From assembly GCF_009914755.1 (NCBI RefSeq), contig NC_060930.1: a stretch of DNA of 64,000 nt; one strand, written 5' to 3'. The notes beneath the pieces were generated by a model. The model ran no database searches. It saw only the letters and a list, made by a program, of their open reading frames with translations, and had not been told where the DNA came from. Numbering within the stretch: the first letter of the stretch is position 1; each line of letters opens with the position of its first letter. Shown here piece by piece: positions 40,804-57,071 of the stretch. The stretch is from the human T2T-CHM13v2.0 reference genome, Homo sapiens. The translations under genes were made by a program, and so were the position numbers.

Positions 40804-41327
40804 CTTTGAGCGGGCAAAGAGACAGAGGCACCCAGTGCTGCACTGATTTGGGTTTCTCCGTCCAAAGGCACCAAAAGGTCACCTTTCTCCAAATCAAAGA
40901 TGCAGCGTGGAGCAGAGAAAAGGCCTAATCTTTGGAATCCAACCTGGGTTTGAAGTCTGACAGTGACATTGAATAGCTGTAATTTTGGGGCAAACTCCTG
41001 GTCTTAGATTCTTCCCATGTGTAAAAAGAATAATTGGCCCTCCTTCCAGGAGAGGCAGAGGAGGAAGTGACCATGAAATATGATAATGCCCGTCAGGTAT
41101 CTGCACCATTTCATGCACTCATTGGTGTGAGTTGTCCTTCATTCCAACTCTGCCTCTTTCCTCCTTGGTGGCACCACCCTTGCCTCTAACCAGCCCAGAA
41201 ATTTATACTACTGGGTTCATCCTAAACCCTTGCTGCTGTAGATGCTAAGCAGCAGACAAAATGTTAGATTTAGCGGTTTTGGTGGAATCTAGGGCAGAGG
41301 GAAAATGTACCTTCATCTCCTCATTTA

Positions 41328-41777
<450 letters not shown>

Positions 41778-43429
41778 TGGGGTAATAACAGCCCTACCTC
41801 AGGATTTTTGTGCAGGTTAATGTGTTGACTTTCATGAAGTGCTTTGAACAGAGCTTAACACACAGCCAAGGGTTGATAAATGGGTGTTATTCTATTTTGG
41901 CCTGCCTGTAGGCCGCTAATAAAAACACATGTGTTATCTAGAAGAGAGGGGGCAGCCCAGCATAATTGTGGAGTGAGAGAGTAGGAATTTTCTCAGATGC
42001 TCTGTCTCCTATGCATCCTTTATAACATGCATTGAGATCTCACAGAGGCAGATACTACAGGTGGAATGAAAACCAGTGGTCAAGTTTCAGGGGATGTAGC
42101 AGGTTAAGGGCACCGTGGGTATCTGTGACCAGAAGAGCCACATGCTTCCCTCAAGCCCCCTATCCACAGGACTTCCCCAATGCCCCCAGCAGAGGGTGAG
42201 GTAAAGTCCTGTCCTGCCTCCTCCATATCCTCACAGCCCTCTTCTCTGAAACAACTTGGTCAGTGCACCCAGCGTTATAGTCCCTGAGTTGCATGCACTC
42301 TCCCCCTCAGCCTGTGACTTCTTCCAGAGAAGGAACTCATGCTGTAAAACCCCAGACAGGCATAAGGCTGAGTACAAAGCAAGCACTCAAATATTCCTTA
42401 AGTGAAGAAATCTGGAGGTAAACTGCTGATGTCACAGGTTGGCCAAGGACAGCCTTCCCTGGGACTGGAGAGGCAGCTTCCTAAAACAATTGGAGAGGGT
42501 AAGGGAATGGCCATAGTTTCTGTCGACTCCCCTGGCAGTTTCTCAAGTTTATTAAACCTAAGGAAAGGATGCTGGAAACAAACATGTAGGTCTGGAGCTG
42601 CCTAGAGGGCTGTGTCCAGGTATGGGGAGCTGGCCCCACTTCCCAAGTTGTTTATCTTAATTTCCTTGAGAACAAGAAATGCATGTTAGGATGGGTTATT
42701 TTTCTTTTAGATTTAAACAAGGCACCTCATGATTTGCTGGATTTTTTTTAAAGTTCTATAAGACTGGGAAGGGGGAAAGGGGAATTCCTCCACTATTATG
42801 GCAAAGTCTATGCTTTACAGTAAAGCAAAAACCCCTGAATGTTAACAGAGTTTATCTGTAGGCAGGAGAGTTTATCTGTACAGGAGATTCGCTTTTCCCC
42901 TACTTTTCTGTATCTCAGAATATTTGCTCTTCAGAGAAATCTATAAGATACAGAAAAGGAGGAGAATAATACTTGCTCTTTAAGGAAATTATAGATGAGA
43001 GCCACCATTCCTGGCCACTGTAGCTTTTCTTTCTTAATTAATTTTTGAGTTGTACATATCACATTATATTGTAGTGTATTCTGTCCATCTATCTTGTTCA
43101 GATTATGGAGATCTTCAGGGTAAGTACTATCTTGAATATTTGATCCAAACATGCATGGATGAATAAGAGAATAAATGCATGGGTAGGTAAATGAATGAAT
43201 GAATAAAAAGATTCAGGTATATAAAAAACTGTTTTTTAGGCCATATTCAGATAGAGAGGAGTGAGCAGTAAGTCAAAATTAATTTGTCAAGGCTTTTTTT
43301 TTCTTTGATGATACACACAAACCACTTTTTGGAGTTATCAGTCTGAAGCTGAGAGACCTCAGAACTCAGCAATATGCATTTCATCCTCAAGCTCATTCAT
43401 CTCTCAGCAATTTTAGGTCGCCATCTTTT

Positions 43430-43748
<319 letters not shown>

Positions 43749-44081
43749 CATATTTTTTTTCTTTCAGAACTTAAAAGATGTCATCCTAAAAGAGTCTTCT
43801 GGCTTTCATGGGAAAGTTTAGCAATCAGTGTTCTTGCTGTTCTCCTGTAAGTATGGGTCTTCTTTCTCGGCTTTGTGTAAGATTTACTGTTTATCTTTGG
43901 TTTTCAGCAACTTGGCTATTATATGCCTACACTTGGTTTCTACTTTATCCTGCTTTTCAGCCGTCTTGAATCTTTGAACGATCTTTCCTGTTTTGGCAAA
44001 TTGCCAGTCACTATAGTTTCAGAAATTGCTTTCCCTATTCTTTTCTCTGTTTCTGGAACTCCTATAAGATATATATTAGGG

Positions 44082-44405
<324 letters not shown>

Positions 44406-45260
44406 CTACATGTCTTGAATGCTCTCTTCTGTTTTGTTTTTTTTTTCATTTTTTTCTCTATGTGCTTCATTTAGAATATTTTCTGTTTACTGTCTCAGTT
44501 ATCTAATCCTATGTTTTGCTGTGTTCAGTCTGTTAAATTCATCTGATAAGTTTTTATTTTCTAATACTTCATATTTCAGTTCTAGAATGCCCATTTGATT
44601 CTTTTTCTATAGGTTACAATTCTCTTTTGAAATTATCTATCTTCATTTTGCCCATCTTTTACTCTACTTTAACATCCTTATAATCATTATTTTGAAGTCC
44701 TTGACTGCTAATTCTAACACCTGGATCATCTGTGGGACTGCTTATATTATATAATTTTTTCTTAATTATCAGATACTTTTCCTGCCTCTTCATGTGCCTT
44801 GTGATTGTTTCTAACTATATGCTGGATGTTGTTTAAAAACATAAACTGAAGTCAATGTTACTGCCCCCAAGATAAGATATACTCTTTTTTTCTATTTGCC
44901 TAATAAGGCAAATAAGGTGAGGCAGTTATCATCTCAATTCAATCAGGAATTGAGCTATGCTCTGGCATTGGTTAGACTCAGCCCACCTCTGATTTTAAAT
45001 GTTTCAAGGGGAAGACTCTTTGTGTGCTTATGTCCTGTTTCCATAGTGGTACCTTGTCTCCTAAGCATTTTCGGACTGTAGGAAACTTCATTTTGCCTTT
45101 GCAGGCCAATCTCTAGTCTCCTGAGTGGCCCTGGCACTCAGCAGATGTCTTGAGTAGAACAGCAGTCAGTTGGTTGTGACAGCCCATGTGCTATCAGAAG
45201 CTTCACTGTGCCTAAGGAAAGCCTGATCTTTAGCACTTACCCAAACTCAGCAAATAACCC

Positions 45261-45627
45261 TGATATGGTTTGGCTCTGTGTCCCCACCCAAATCTTATCT
45301 TGTAGCTCCCATAATTCCCACATGTTGTGGGAGGGACCTGGTGGAAGATGATTGAATTGGGGGGGTGGGTCTTTCCTGTACTATTCTTGTGATAGTGAAT
45401 GGGTCTCATGAGATCTGATGGTTTTAGAAAATGGGAGTTGCCCTGCACAAACTCTCTCTTTACCTGCTGCCATCCATGTAAGATGTGGTTTGCTCCTCCT
45501 TGCCCTTTGTCATAATCTTGAGGCTTCTCTAGCTATGTGGAACTGTGAGTTCTCCATTAAACCTCTTTCCTTTGTAAATGGTCCAGTCTCAGGTATGTCT
45601 TTTGCAGTGTAAAAACAGACTAATACA
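45261..45627 (+). mobile_element. Solo THE1B-like LTR
   Basis: TGATATGG...ACTAATACA ends with 5-bp TSD AACCC. Confidence 0.9.
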
Positions 45628-45779
45628 AACCCCTAAGAAAGAAAATGGCCAATAATCTCAACTTCCCTGGGAAGGAATCTTTTCTCTCTTAACTTTTAGT
45701 TCTTTTAATCTTCTTTGCTTCTACAGCTCTCCAATATCTTTCAAAATATGATTTTTATAATTCATTCATTTTTTTTCAC

Positions 45780-46655
45780 TTTTTTTTTTTTTTTAAAGAG
45801 ACAGGGTCTCACCATGTTGCCCAGGCTGGTCTCGAGTTCCTGAGCTCAAGTGATCCTCCTGCCTAAACCTACCAAAGTTTTGGGATTACATGCATGAGCC
45901 ATGATGCCCAGCTCATGTTTTTCCTCTTGATGTAAAGTGATAAACTGTAACATCCTACTACATTTTACTCAAAAGTAGAAGTTTTCTTATGTTCTTTTCC
46001 AGTTAATTAGTTCACATAGGATTCAAACAAGGTCCATGCATTGCACGTAGTTGATATAACACTTAAGTCTCCTGGTTTATAGGTTCCTCCTCCCTCTGTT
46101 TTTGTTGTTGTTATGTTTGTTTTTCATCTTTTTTTTTTTTTTAAATATGTGGTCTTTCTATGTTGCCCAGGCTGGTCTCTAACTCCTGGGCTCAAGCGAT
46201 CCTCCTGTGTCAGCCTCCCAAGTTGCTGGGACTATAGGCACATACCACCATGCCCAGCTGTTTTTCATCTTAGTTGTTAAAGAAACTGGTTCATTTGTTC
46301 CGTTGAATTTTCTGGATTCTACTAATTAGATTCTCCTAGTGTTATTTAACATGTTCCTCTGCTCCTTGTATTTACTACAATCTACCAGATCTAGAGGACT
46401 GATAATATTCGGGTTCAATTTTTTGGCATAATTACGTTATAGGTGGTACTATGTCGAGTCGGCCCTCCATATTCATGAGTTCCACATCTGCAGATTCAAC
46501 CAAGCAGGTATAAAAAATATTTGGGGGTGGGTTGTGGTGGCTCACACCTGTAATCCCAACACTTTGGGAGGCTGACGTGGGAAGATCACTTGAGGCCAGG
46601 AGTTCAAGACTGGCCTGGGCAACATAGCAAGACCCTGTCTTTACAAAAATAAAAG
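45780..46655. mobile_element. Three FLAM/Alu monomers (-45780-45913, -46128-46258, +46525-46655)
   Basis: Monomer-length Alu matches. Confidence 0.8.
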
Positions 46656-47592
46656 AACAGGCCCAGCTGCAAAACTAAAAAATTATTTAAAAAATAGGCC
46701 CAGCTAAACCCAACCTAAATTGCAGAATTATTAGCAAATGCATGATTATTGTTTTAAGCTACTAAATTTTGGGGTGGTTTGTTACGCAGCAATAGATTAC
46801 TAAAACACATAGTATCTAGGATATGGTGAGCATTCCAATAAATGTTTAATTAAATTGTAAGAGATTAGATGGGTAATTTGACTAGTCAGCCCTCGTGGTC
46901 CTTCCAACCACTGAAATTCTATGGCCCTAATAATACCTTGGATTATGCCATTATTCTCTACCTCTGCTAATGAGTCACATCTGGATGCAATATAGTTGAG
47001 TCCTTGGACTTTGTGACACTTAACACATATAGAGACAGCTACCTGGGGTCACTTTATTTTTTGACAGTCTCTTTCAAACCTACTTTTTTGCAGTACTGTG
47101 GAATCCACTTAGATATTCACATATGAAAATCATACCTCAACTGCCATTTACTGTAGAACACAAGCTGTTTTGAGGGAAAGTAATGGAAGTATTTGTGCTT
47201 CCAAGACATTTATACTTTCCAACTTATTCTTTACCCATTTTGCAGCCTTTAGAATTTTTCTCCAGTTTCTTATTAGAGAGAGAAAGCCATGATGACCATG
47301 CTGCAAAAAGTGAGCTAACTAATCCAAACTATACCATTTGGTAAAGTTTGAAATGGCTTAGAATTTCGAGTGATCTGCATGTTGGAAGACTTAGCCTTTG
47401 AATTGTTAATCACTTTACCCTTTCTTTAGTGCTGTACTATTTACGATGAGTTAATCAATTTTCCTTATTTGATTACTTTGGGAGGGGCTCAATGCTATGG
47501 GTTTATACCAGAATATTTTTAAAAGACGGAGTATAGTCCAAGCATCTGGTTGGTCTTTCTGAGGTCATGCATGAAAGCCAATATTTTACCAT

Positions 47593-50232
47593 TAATATGG
47601 TTTGGCTCTGTGTCTCCATCCAAATCTCATCTTGAATTGTAATCCGAATTGCAGTCGCCACATGGGAGGGACTTGGTGGGAGGTGATTGGATCATGGGGG
47701 CAGTTTGCCCCATGCTGTTCTCGTGATAGTGAGTTCTCACGAGAGCTGGTGGTTTTAAAAGTGTTTGGCAGCTCCCCTTTTGCTCTCTCCTGCCACCTTG
47801 TGAAGAAGGTGCCTGCTTCCCCTTTGCCTTCCACCATGATTGTAAGTATCCTGAGGCCTCCCCAGTCATGTGGAACTGTGAGTCAATTAAACCTCCTGAT
47901 ATGGTTTAGCTGTGTCCCCACCAAATCTCAACTTTAATTGTATCTCCCAGAATTCCCTCGTGTTGTGGGAGGGTCCCAGGGGGAGGTAATTGAATCATGG
48001 GGGCCAGTCTTTCCTGTGCTATTCTCGTGATAGTGAATAAGTCTCACAGGATCTGATGGTTTTATCAGGGATTTCTGTTTTTGCTTCCTCTTCATTTTGT
48101 CTTGCCACCGCCATGTAAGAAGTGCCTTTTACCTCCTTCCATGATTCTGAAGCCTCCCAAGCCATGTGGAACTGTAAATTCAGTTAAACCTCTTTTTCTT
48201 CTCAGTCTCAGATATGTCTTTACCAGCAGCATGAAAACGGACTAATACAGTAAATTGGTACCAGTAGAGTGGGTTGCTGCTGAAAAGATACCTGAATATG
48301 CAGAAGCAACTTTGGAACTGGGTAACAGGCAGAGGTTAGAACAGTTTGGAGGGCTCAGAAGAAGACAAGAAAATGTGGGAAAATTTGGAACTCCCTAGAG
48401 ACTTGTTGAATGGCTTTGCCCAAAATGCTGATAGTGATATGAACAATAAGGTCCAGGCTGAGGTGGTCTCAGATGGAGATGAGGAACTTGTTGGGAATTG
48501 GAACAAAGGTGACTCTTGTTATGTTTTAACAAAGAGACTGGTGGCATTTTGCCCCCGCCCTGGAGATTTGTGGAACTTTGAACTTGACAGAGATGATTTA
48601 GGGTATCCGGCAGAAGAAATTTCTAAGCAGCAAAGCATTCAAGAGGTGACTTGAGTACTGTTAAAGGCATTCAGTTTTATAAAAGAAGCAGAGCATAAAA
48701 GTTCAGAAAATTTGCAGCCTGACAATGTGATAGAAAAGAAAAACCAATTTTCTGGAGAGAAATTCAAGCTGGCAGCAGAAGTAGCAAGGAGCCTAATGTT
48801 AATCCCCAAGACCATGGGGAAAATGTCTCCAGGCCACGTCAGAGACCTTCACAGCAGCCCCTCCAATCACAGGCCTGGAGGCCCAGGAAGAAAATGTGGT
48901 TTCATGGGTCGGGCCCAGGTCCCTGTGCTGTGCGCAGCCTAGGGACTTGGTGCTCTGTGTCCCAGCTGCCCTGGTCATGGCCGAAAGGGGCCAACATAGA
49001 GCTCGGGCTGTGGCTTCAGAGGGTGGAAGCCCCAAACCTTGGCAGCTTCCACATGGTGTTGAGCCTGTGGGTGCACAGAAGTCAAGAATGGAGGTTTGGG
49101 AACCTCTGCCTAGGTTTCAGAAGATGTGTGGAAATGCCTGGATGCCTAGGCAAAAGATTGCTGTAGGGGCGGGGCCCTCATGGAAAATCTCTGCTAGGGC
49201 AGTGCAGAAGGGAAATGTGGGGTTGGAGCCCCCACACAGAGTCCCTACTGGGGCACTGTCTAGTGGAGCTGTGAGAAGAGGGCCACCATCCCCCAGACCC
49301 CAGAATGGTAGATCCACTGACAGCTTGCACTGTGCACCTGGAAAAGCTACAGACACTCAACACTAGCCCATGAATGCAGCCAGGAGGGAGGCTGTACCCT
49401 GCAAAGCCACAGGGGTGGGGCTGCCCAAGACCATGGGAACCCACCTCTTACATAACCTGGATGTGAGACCTTGAGTCAAAGGAGATCATTTTGGAGCTTT
49501 GAAATTTGACTGCCCCACCGGATTTTGGGCTTGCATGGGCCCTGTACACCCTTTGTTTTGGCCAATTTCTCCCATTTGGAATGGCTGTATTTACCCAATA
49601 CCTGTACTCCCATTGTATCTAGGAAGTAACTAGCTTGCTTTCGATTTTATAGGCTCATAGGCGGAAGGGACTTGCCTTGTCTCAGATGAGACTTTGGACT
49701 GTGGACTTTTGTGTTAATGCTGAAATGCGTTAAGACTTTGGGGGACTGTTGGTAAGCCATGATTTGTTTTGAAACTTGAGGACATGAGATTTAGAGGGGT
49801 CGGGGTGGAATGATTTGTTTGGGAGCTGTGTCCCGACCAAATCTCAACTTTAATTATATCTCCCAGAATTCCCACGTGTTGTGGGAGGGACCCAGGGGAG
49901 GTAATTGAATCATGGGGGCTGATCTTTCCCATGCTATTCTCATGATAGTGAATAGTCTCACGAGATCTGACGGTTTTATCAGGGGTTTCTGCTTTTGCTT
50001 CTTCCTCATTTTCTCTTGCCGCCACCATGTAAGAAGTGCCTTTCACCTCCCACCATGATTCTGAGGCCTCCCAAGCCATGTGGAACTGTAAGTTCAATTA
50101 AACCTCTTTTTCTTCCCAGTCTCAGATATGTCTTTATCAGCAGCATGAAAATGATCTAATACACCTCCTTTCTTTATAAATTACCTGGTTTCAGGTAGTA
50201 TCTTTATAGCAGAGTGAAAACAGACTAATACA
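47593..50232 (+). mobile_element. Solo THE1D-like LTR split by the THE1A insertion (47593-47896 + 50169-50232)
   Basis: The LTR stops at ATTAAACCTCC and resumes after the TSD, ending GACTAATACA. Confidence 0.85.
47897..50163 (+). mobile_element. Full-length THE1A provirus nested in an older LTR
   Basis: Two THE1A-type LTRs (~47897-48249 and ~49811-50163) around MaLR internal sequence. 5-bp TSD CCTCC (47892-47896/50164-50168). Confidence 0.92.
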
Positions 50233-51829
50233 GCCTTGTTGCAGTTGTGGCAGAAAGGACCCAAGTCTAGACTCTATGACTTAATGGTGCAAGTGTCAGA
50301 AGCCATTGATTCTGTGTTTACAGACTTTACTCTAATGGATACATGGGACTAGAAGGGAACTGGAGTGAGAAGGCAGCAGCCCGCAGAAACTGGGCTCTCT
50401 GTGCACTTCTTAGTCTCCTGTTATAAATGTGAAATGTTTCCTTGGCTTTGGCAGATTTCTGTGCCTGTCCCTGCCATCCTGACAACTTATTCCTGGTTTG
50501 ACATTTCTAGTTGAGCCCTTGGTATCATAGCCTCCATCTAGTTGTGCCCCAGGATATTCAGCTTCTGTTCTCATCCATGGCCACCGCTCTTGGTTTCCCA
50601 TTTGGTCCTGCTCTTCTAGTAGTCATTGGAACTTGCTTTAAGCCTATCTCCTACTCATCCTTCAGGATCTCAAGTCATATGTCATTGCCTTGGGAAGAAC
50701 TTCCTTGAGACTCAAGACTAGGTCAGGTCTCTTGATACATGCCCCAAGAGTTTCTTGTGTTTCACCTTCACAATTTGTAATTTATTGCTTTTCACAATTT
50801 GTAATTATTTTTGTCATCTGTTCTATACTCATCCTATATCTTCAGCACCTGGGACAGTGCTTAGCACAGAGTAGGTGTTCAATAAATGTGTTCAGTAAAC
50901 ATGAAACAATGAAGCTTGTGACTTTGGCCCCTACCTCTTTTTGTATTTACAAGGTCATATTGCACATTATATCTCAGTTTATGCATGTATAAATTAGGAT
51001 AATATTATTTTACCTACCTCACAGTTCAAGGTGCTATGCATGTAGCAGATGCATGTAACAAAATGCTTGTAGAATGAGTGAATGCATGTGCTATCTCTAT
51101 GATAAAAGAAATCTATATTTTAACTAAGATTTATTTCACTTAACAAGAGAAATGGAGTACCCAAACAGGAGGAGTCATGTTTTTTGAGCTGGAAATAAAA
51201 TTCAGGATTTCATATACCTTTGCCCAGGGGTCTATATTTTTCTTCTGGTCATACTTTAATACTAGACATATTTTAAATGGGGAAGGGGGAAATTTTTTGA
51301 ATGGATTTGGACAAAACTAGTAATGATTGACTTTTCCAACTTCTAGGCTGGTTGTGGCTGTCACAGATTTTAACTCCTCGGTGCACCAAGAGTACAGATT
51401 CCAAATTGCCTATATCTTAAAAACTTGTAAGAAAGAAGCAATGGTGAATGTGAATCTGAACACCAGGGAGAGTTCCAGAAAGGGAATTCCCATCAGTTGG
51501 TACTACTAATTGGCCTTATGAAACGAGTGGCAGGATAAGATCTTGACCTCTGAGAATGACAGCAAAAGTGCTCTCAGCTTAGCAGGACCTGGTACTACAA
51601 GTCTCACAGGCTGGCTTACCTTTGGCCTGGATTAACCTGCCTGTTTTCCCCATTTCCCCTATCAGTACAGGGAAAATACCTTGCATATAAAATACAAATG
51701 CTACTTAATTTTTCTTTTTCTTGTTCATCTCTTCTCCATGATGTCCACTCCCTTCCAGGATCCCTCCTATTTGACATTTCCTTCAGGATACAGAATACAG
51801 AGAAGGGAGAAGGTGCAGGAAGGATCCAA

Positions 51830-52216
51830 ATGTTACTAGAGTTATACATTTTATTTGAGCTTCATCTCTTTGGAGAAAGGGGAACAGGGATGAGAGGATT
51901 AAGTTAGAGATGGTCTGGCACAAAGCCCAGAGATGTGGGGTGTGTGAAGAAGGAAATTCATGACTAGAATATATGCTGAAGGTGAAATGAGGGGAGCCTG
52001 GATAGGGAATTCAGAGATAATTGTTGGCATTTAGTAATGTGATTTGGGAGTATGATCCCAGCGCAGAGCAAGGAAGAAGGCTGGCAGGTAGTAGGAGTCA
52101 CAGTCAGGAAGGAAGTACTGCTAGTTCGTATCCAGTCTAGGTCTCTGGACAATTGACCCCTTTTTGGGTAGGAGGATTTGCCAGCATTATCTGACCCCTT
52201 ATTTCTAGTTCATCTC
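51830..52216 (-). other. SLC26A8: SLC26A8 3' UTR (3' end approximate)
   Basis: Unique sequence between the stop codon and the first downstream AATAAA. Confidence 0.75.
51850..51855 (-). terminator. SLC26A8: SLC26A8 polyadenylation signal AATAAA
   Basis: tttatt on the plus strand, followed on the minus strand by a pyrimidine/GT-rich stretch. Confidence 0.75.
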
Positions 52217-52657
52217 CTAGACATCTTCATTGCTGTTGCCCTCTGGTGAGTATGAATCCATAGGATGGCGTCTCCTCTCCACTGACCATGTCCGAGTCTG
52301 AGTCTGAGACTGGGTGGAAGCCATAGACGGATGATACATAGGCCAGTAACGCTGCTGAGGAAAAGTGTGAGCTCTTGGCCTAGATTTGGGGTTGGGCTCC
52401 ATCTCAGGCTCAGTCTCAGGCTGGGGCTCCATCTCGGTCTGGGTCTTGGTCTCGGTCTCAGCCTTGGGCTCCATTTCAGGCTCCAGCTCCCGATCCAGGT
52501 CTAGGTCCAGACCCAGCCCAGCCTCTTGTTCTGATTCCAGCTCCAAATCCAACTCCGACTCCTCTTCTACAGGCTGTTGGATCTTGATGAAGCCTGGACT
52601 TACATTTTTTTGGCTTCCTAGAAAACTGCTGCTCATTTTATATCTTGAATTGTCATT
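52217..52657 (-). CDS. SLC26A8: SLC26A8 last coding exon (NDNSRYKM...EGNSNEDV*)
   Basis: Acceptor gtatttcag|AAT, 146 codons plus TAG, encoding an acidic Glu/Pro-rich tail. Counting back from a 970-aa protein puts E812 and R954 at the expected residues. Confidence 0.96.
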   Translation of the reverse strand, partial: NDNSRYKMSSSFLGSQKNVSPGFIKIQQPVEEESELDLELESEQEAGLGLDLDLDRELEPEMEPKAETETKTQTEMEPQPETEPEMEPNPKSRPRAHTFPQQRYWPMYHPSMASTQSQTQTRTWSVERRRHPMDSYSPEGNSNEDV

Positions 52658-52705
52658 CTGAAATACAATTAGGTGGGTTAAAATTTCTAATTAAATTTAA
52701 CCTTC

Positions 52706-53045
52706 TGCTGAACGCAGTGGCTCATACCTGTAATCCCAGCACTTTGAGAGGCTGGGGCAGGAGAATCGCTTTAGACCAGGAGTTCAAGGCCAGCCTGGGC
52801 AACATAGTAAAACTTCTATCTTAACAAATAATAATAATAATTATAATTATTATATAATAATAATAATTATTATTATTTTAAAAACTAGTTGGGCATGATG
52901 GCACATGCCTGTAGTCCTAGCTACTCAGGAGGCTGAGGCAGGAGGATTGCTTGAGGCTGAGACTGCAGTGAGCTGTGTTTACACCGCTGCACTCCAGCCT
53001 GAGCAACACAGTGAGACTGTCTCAAAAAACAAACAAACAAAAAAA
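52706..53045 (+). mobile_element. Alu (J-like) with (TAA)n/(TTA)n expansion in the linker
   Basis: Alu arms around an AT microsatellite at 52826-52880. Confidence 0.85.
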
Positions 53046-53065
53046 CCCAGAATTTTAATTTTTGA

Positions 53066-53673
<608 letters not shown>

Positions 53674-54524
53674 TAACAACATTCTGAAACATCTTGTCTT
53701 CTTGATCTTACTTGTCTTGCCAACCCCCAGTGCAATCCTTGACAGGGCCTATAAGGCTGTGTGTGACCTGGCCTCTTGCCATTCTTCTTTAGCTTTATTC
53801 CAGCTGTGGTCCCCGCCCTTTGCTCTCACCATAAAGTTACCCAGAGTTGCCTGACTACTGCTCAGCTTTGTGCGTGCCATTCCCTTTGCCTACCTTGTCC
53901 TCCTCCATCTTGTCCACATCCACTTAGTCATCACCCCAGATTCAGAGCCAAGATGACCAGGCAGGACCACAGCTTCTTTTGTGTTCCAACTACATCTCAT
54001 TCACACTTCCATCATAGTACCAGTAACATATTCTTTATTTATTTACAAACCTACTCCTTACTAGACTCTAAGCTCCTTGTGGTATATGACAGGGCCTGGT
54101 TCTTGATATCCCCAGTACCAGACACTGAGCTTGTCACATAGCAGGTGCCCACAGGCCTTGCATCAGCCTTGAATCAGCCTGTAACAGCATTCCTCAAAAT
54201 TAATCACTTCAACTTTCCTGAAACATTTTCTTCTCGACCACCATATGACACTCTTCTGCTTTTCCTCCTTCCTTCCTGGTTGCTGCTCCTTGGTCTTTTT
54301 GCTATCTCCTCTCCTTCTACTGGACTTCTAGATGTTGGTATGCCCCAGGGCTTGATCCTGGGACCTTTCTCTTGTCTATCTATGCTCTCTCCATAGGGAC
54401 TTTTATTTTGGGCCCATAATTTTCATTACCATCTATATGCTGATGCTGATGATTCTTTGGTTATAACCCTTCCCCTGATCTGCAGGTTCATAAATTCACT
54501 TCCATTCTTGACATCTCCATTTGA

Positions 54525-55647
<1,123 letters not shown>

Positions 55648-55965
55648 ACCACTAGTCTTAATAGAGACACACAGGATCCTTCTCATTAAATTCAGGAGTA
55701 AGACAAGATTCATCATTATTACTTGTTCTGAGAGGTTTAGTTAATGCAATAATATATGATATTGAAATAAGAATTCTAACAATTGGAACATAAGAGATTA
55801 GTATTATTTTTAGAAAATATTTTCCTATTTGGAAAACCCAAAGGAATTAACAGTGAAACCTCTTAGGAATAGTAAAGTGATTCACAAAGGTAGCCAAATA
55901 ATTTAATAAAAACCAATGAGTTTCCTATATGTTAGCAATTGCCAGTTAGAAAATATAATGGAAAT

Positions 55966-56304
<339 letters not shown>

Positions 56305-56623
56305 TCACAAAACCTTACTATGAATGAAACATTTAAGAAGACAATAAATGTAGAGACAGTTCATGTTTCTGGATAAGAAGAATGAATACTATAAAGATAT
56401 AAATTCTCAAGGGATTTTATATTTTTAATACAACTCTAATGATTATTTCAATAAGATTTGTTTTTGTGGGGTGGGGACCTGACAAAAGATTCAAAAGTTG
56501 GTTTGGAAGAATAAATTGGTGAGAATGACTTAGCAAATTTTGAAATAGAACACTGATGACATAGGACTTCTTAACCAAATGTTAAAGTGTATTATACAGC
56601 AATACTAATAAAAACAGTGTGAT

Positions 56624-56930
<307 letters not shown>

Positions 56931-57071
56931 CACTGTGATACTGAAGCTATACAGAAAAATGACATCCACAACTAAACTAGAAATACACTTTAGTTTTCAT
57001 AAGAATATAATATTTTATGAAAATAACATATCAGTAGGGGAAAGAAGGCTTATTCAATAGATGGTTGGATG

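Noticed and set aside
42845-42886. Short direct duplications (agagtttatctgta x2; similar at 50768-50810 and 62292-62326)
   Set aside because: Ordinary two-copy slippage duplications with no array structure.
48346-49444. MaLR internal ORFs (also 17260-17743)
   Set aside because: Fragmented THE1-int ORF remnants present in many genomic copies.
52386-52661. Antisense Ser-rich ORF with SRSRSRSRP, a tempting SRPK1 substrate
   Set aside because: Shadow of the hexamer-periodic SLC26A8 exon (DLDLDRE read in reverse). It has a TTG start and no independent gene structure.
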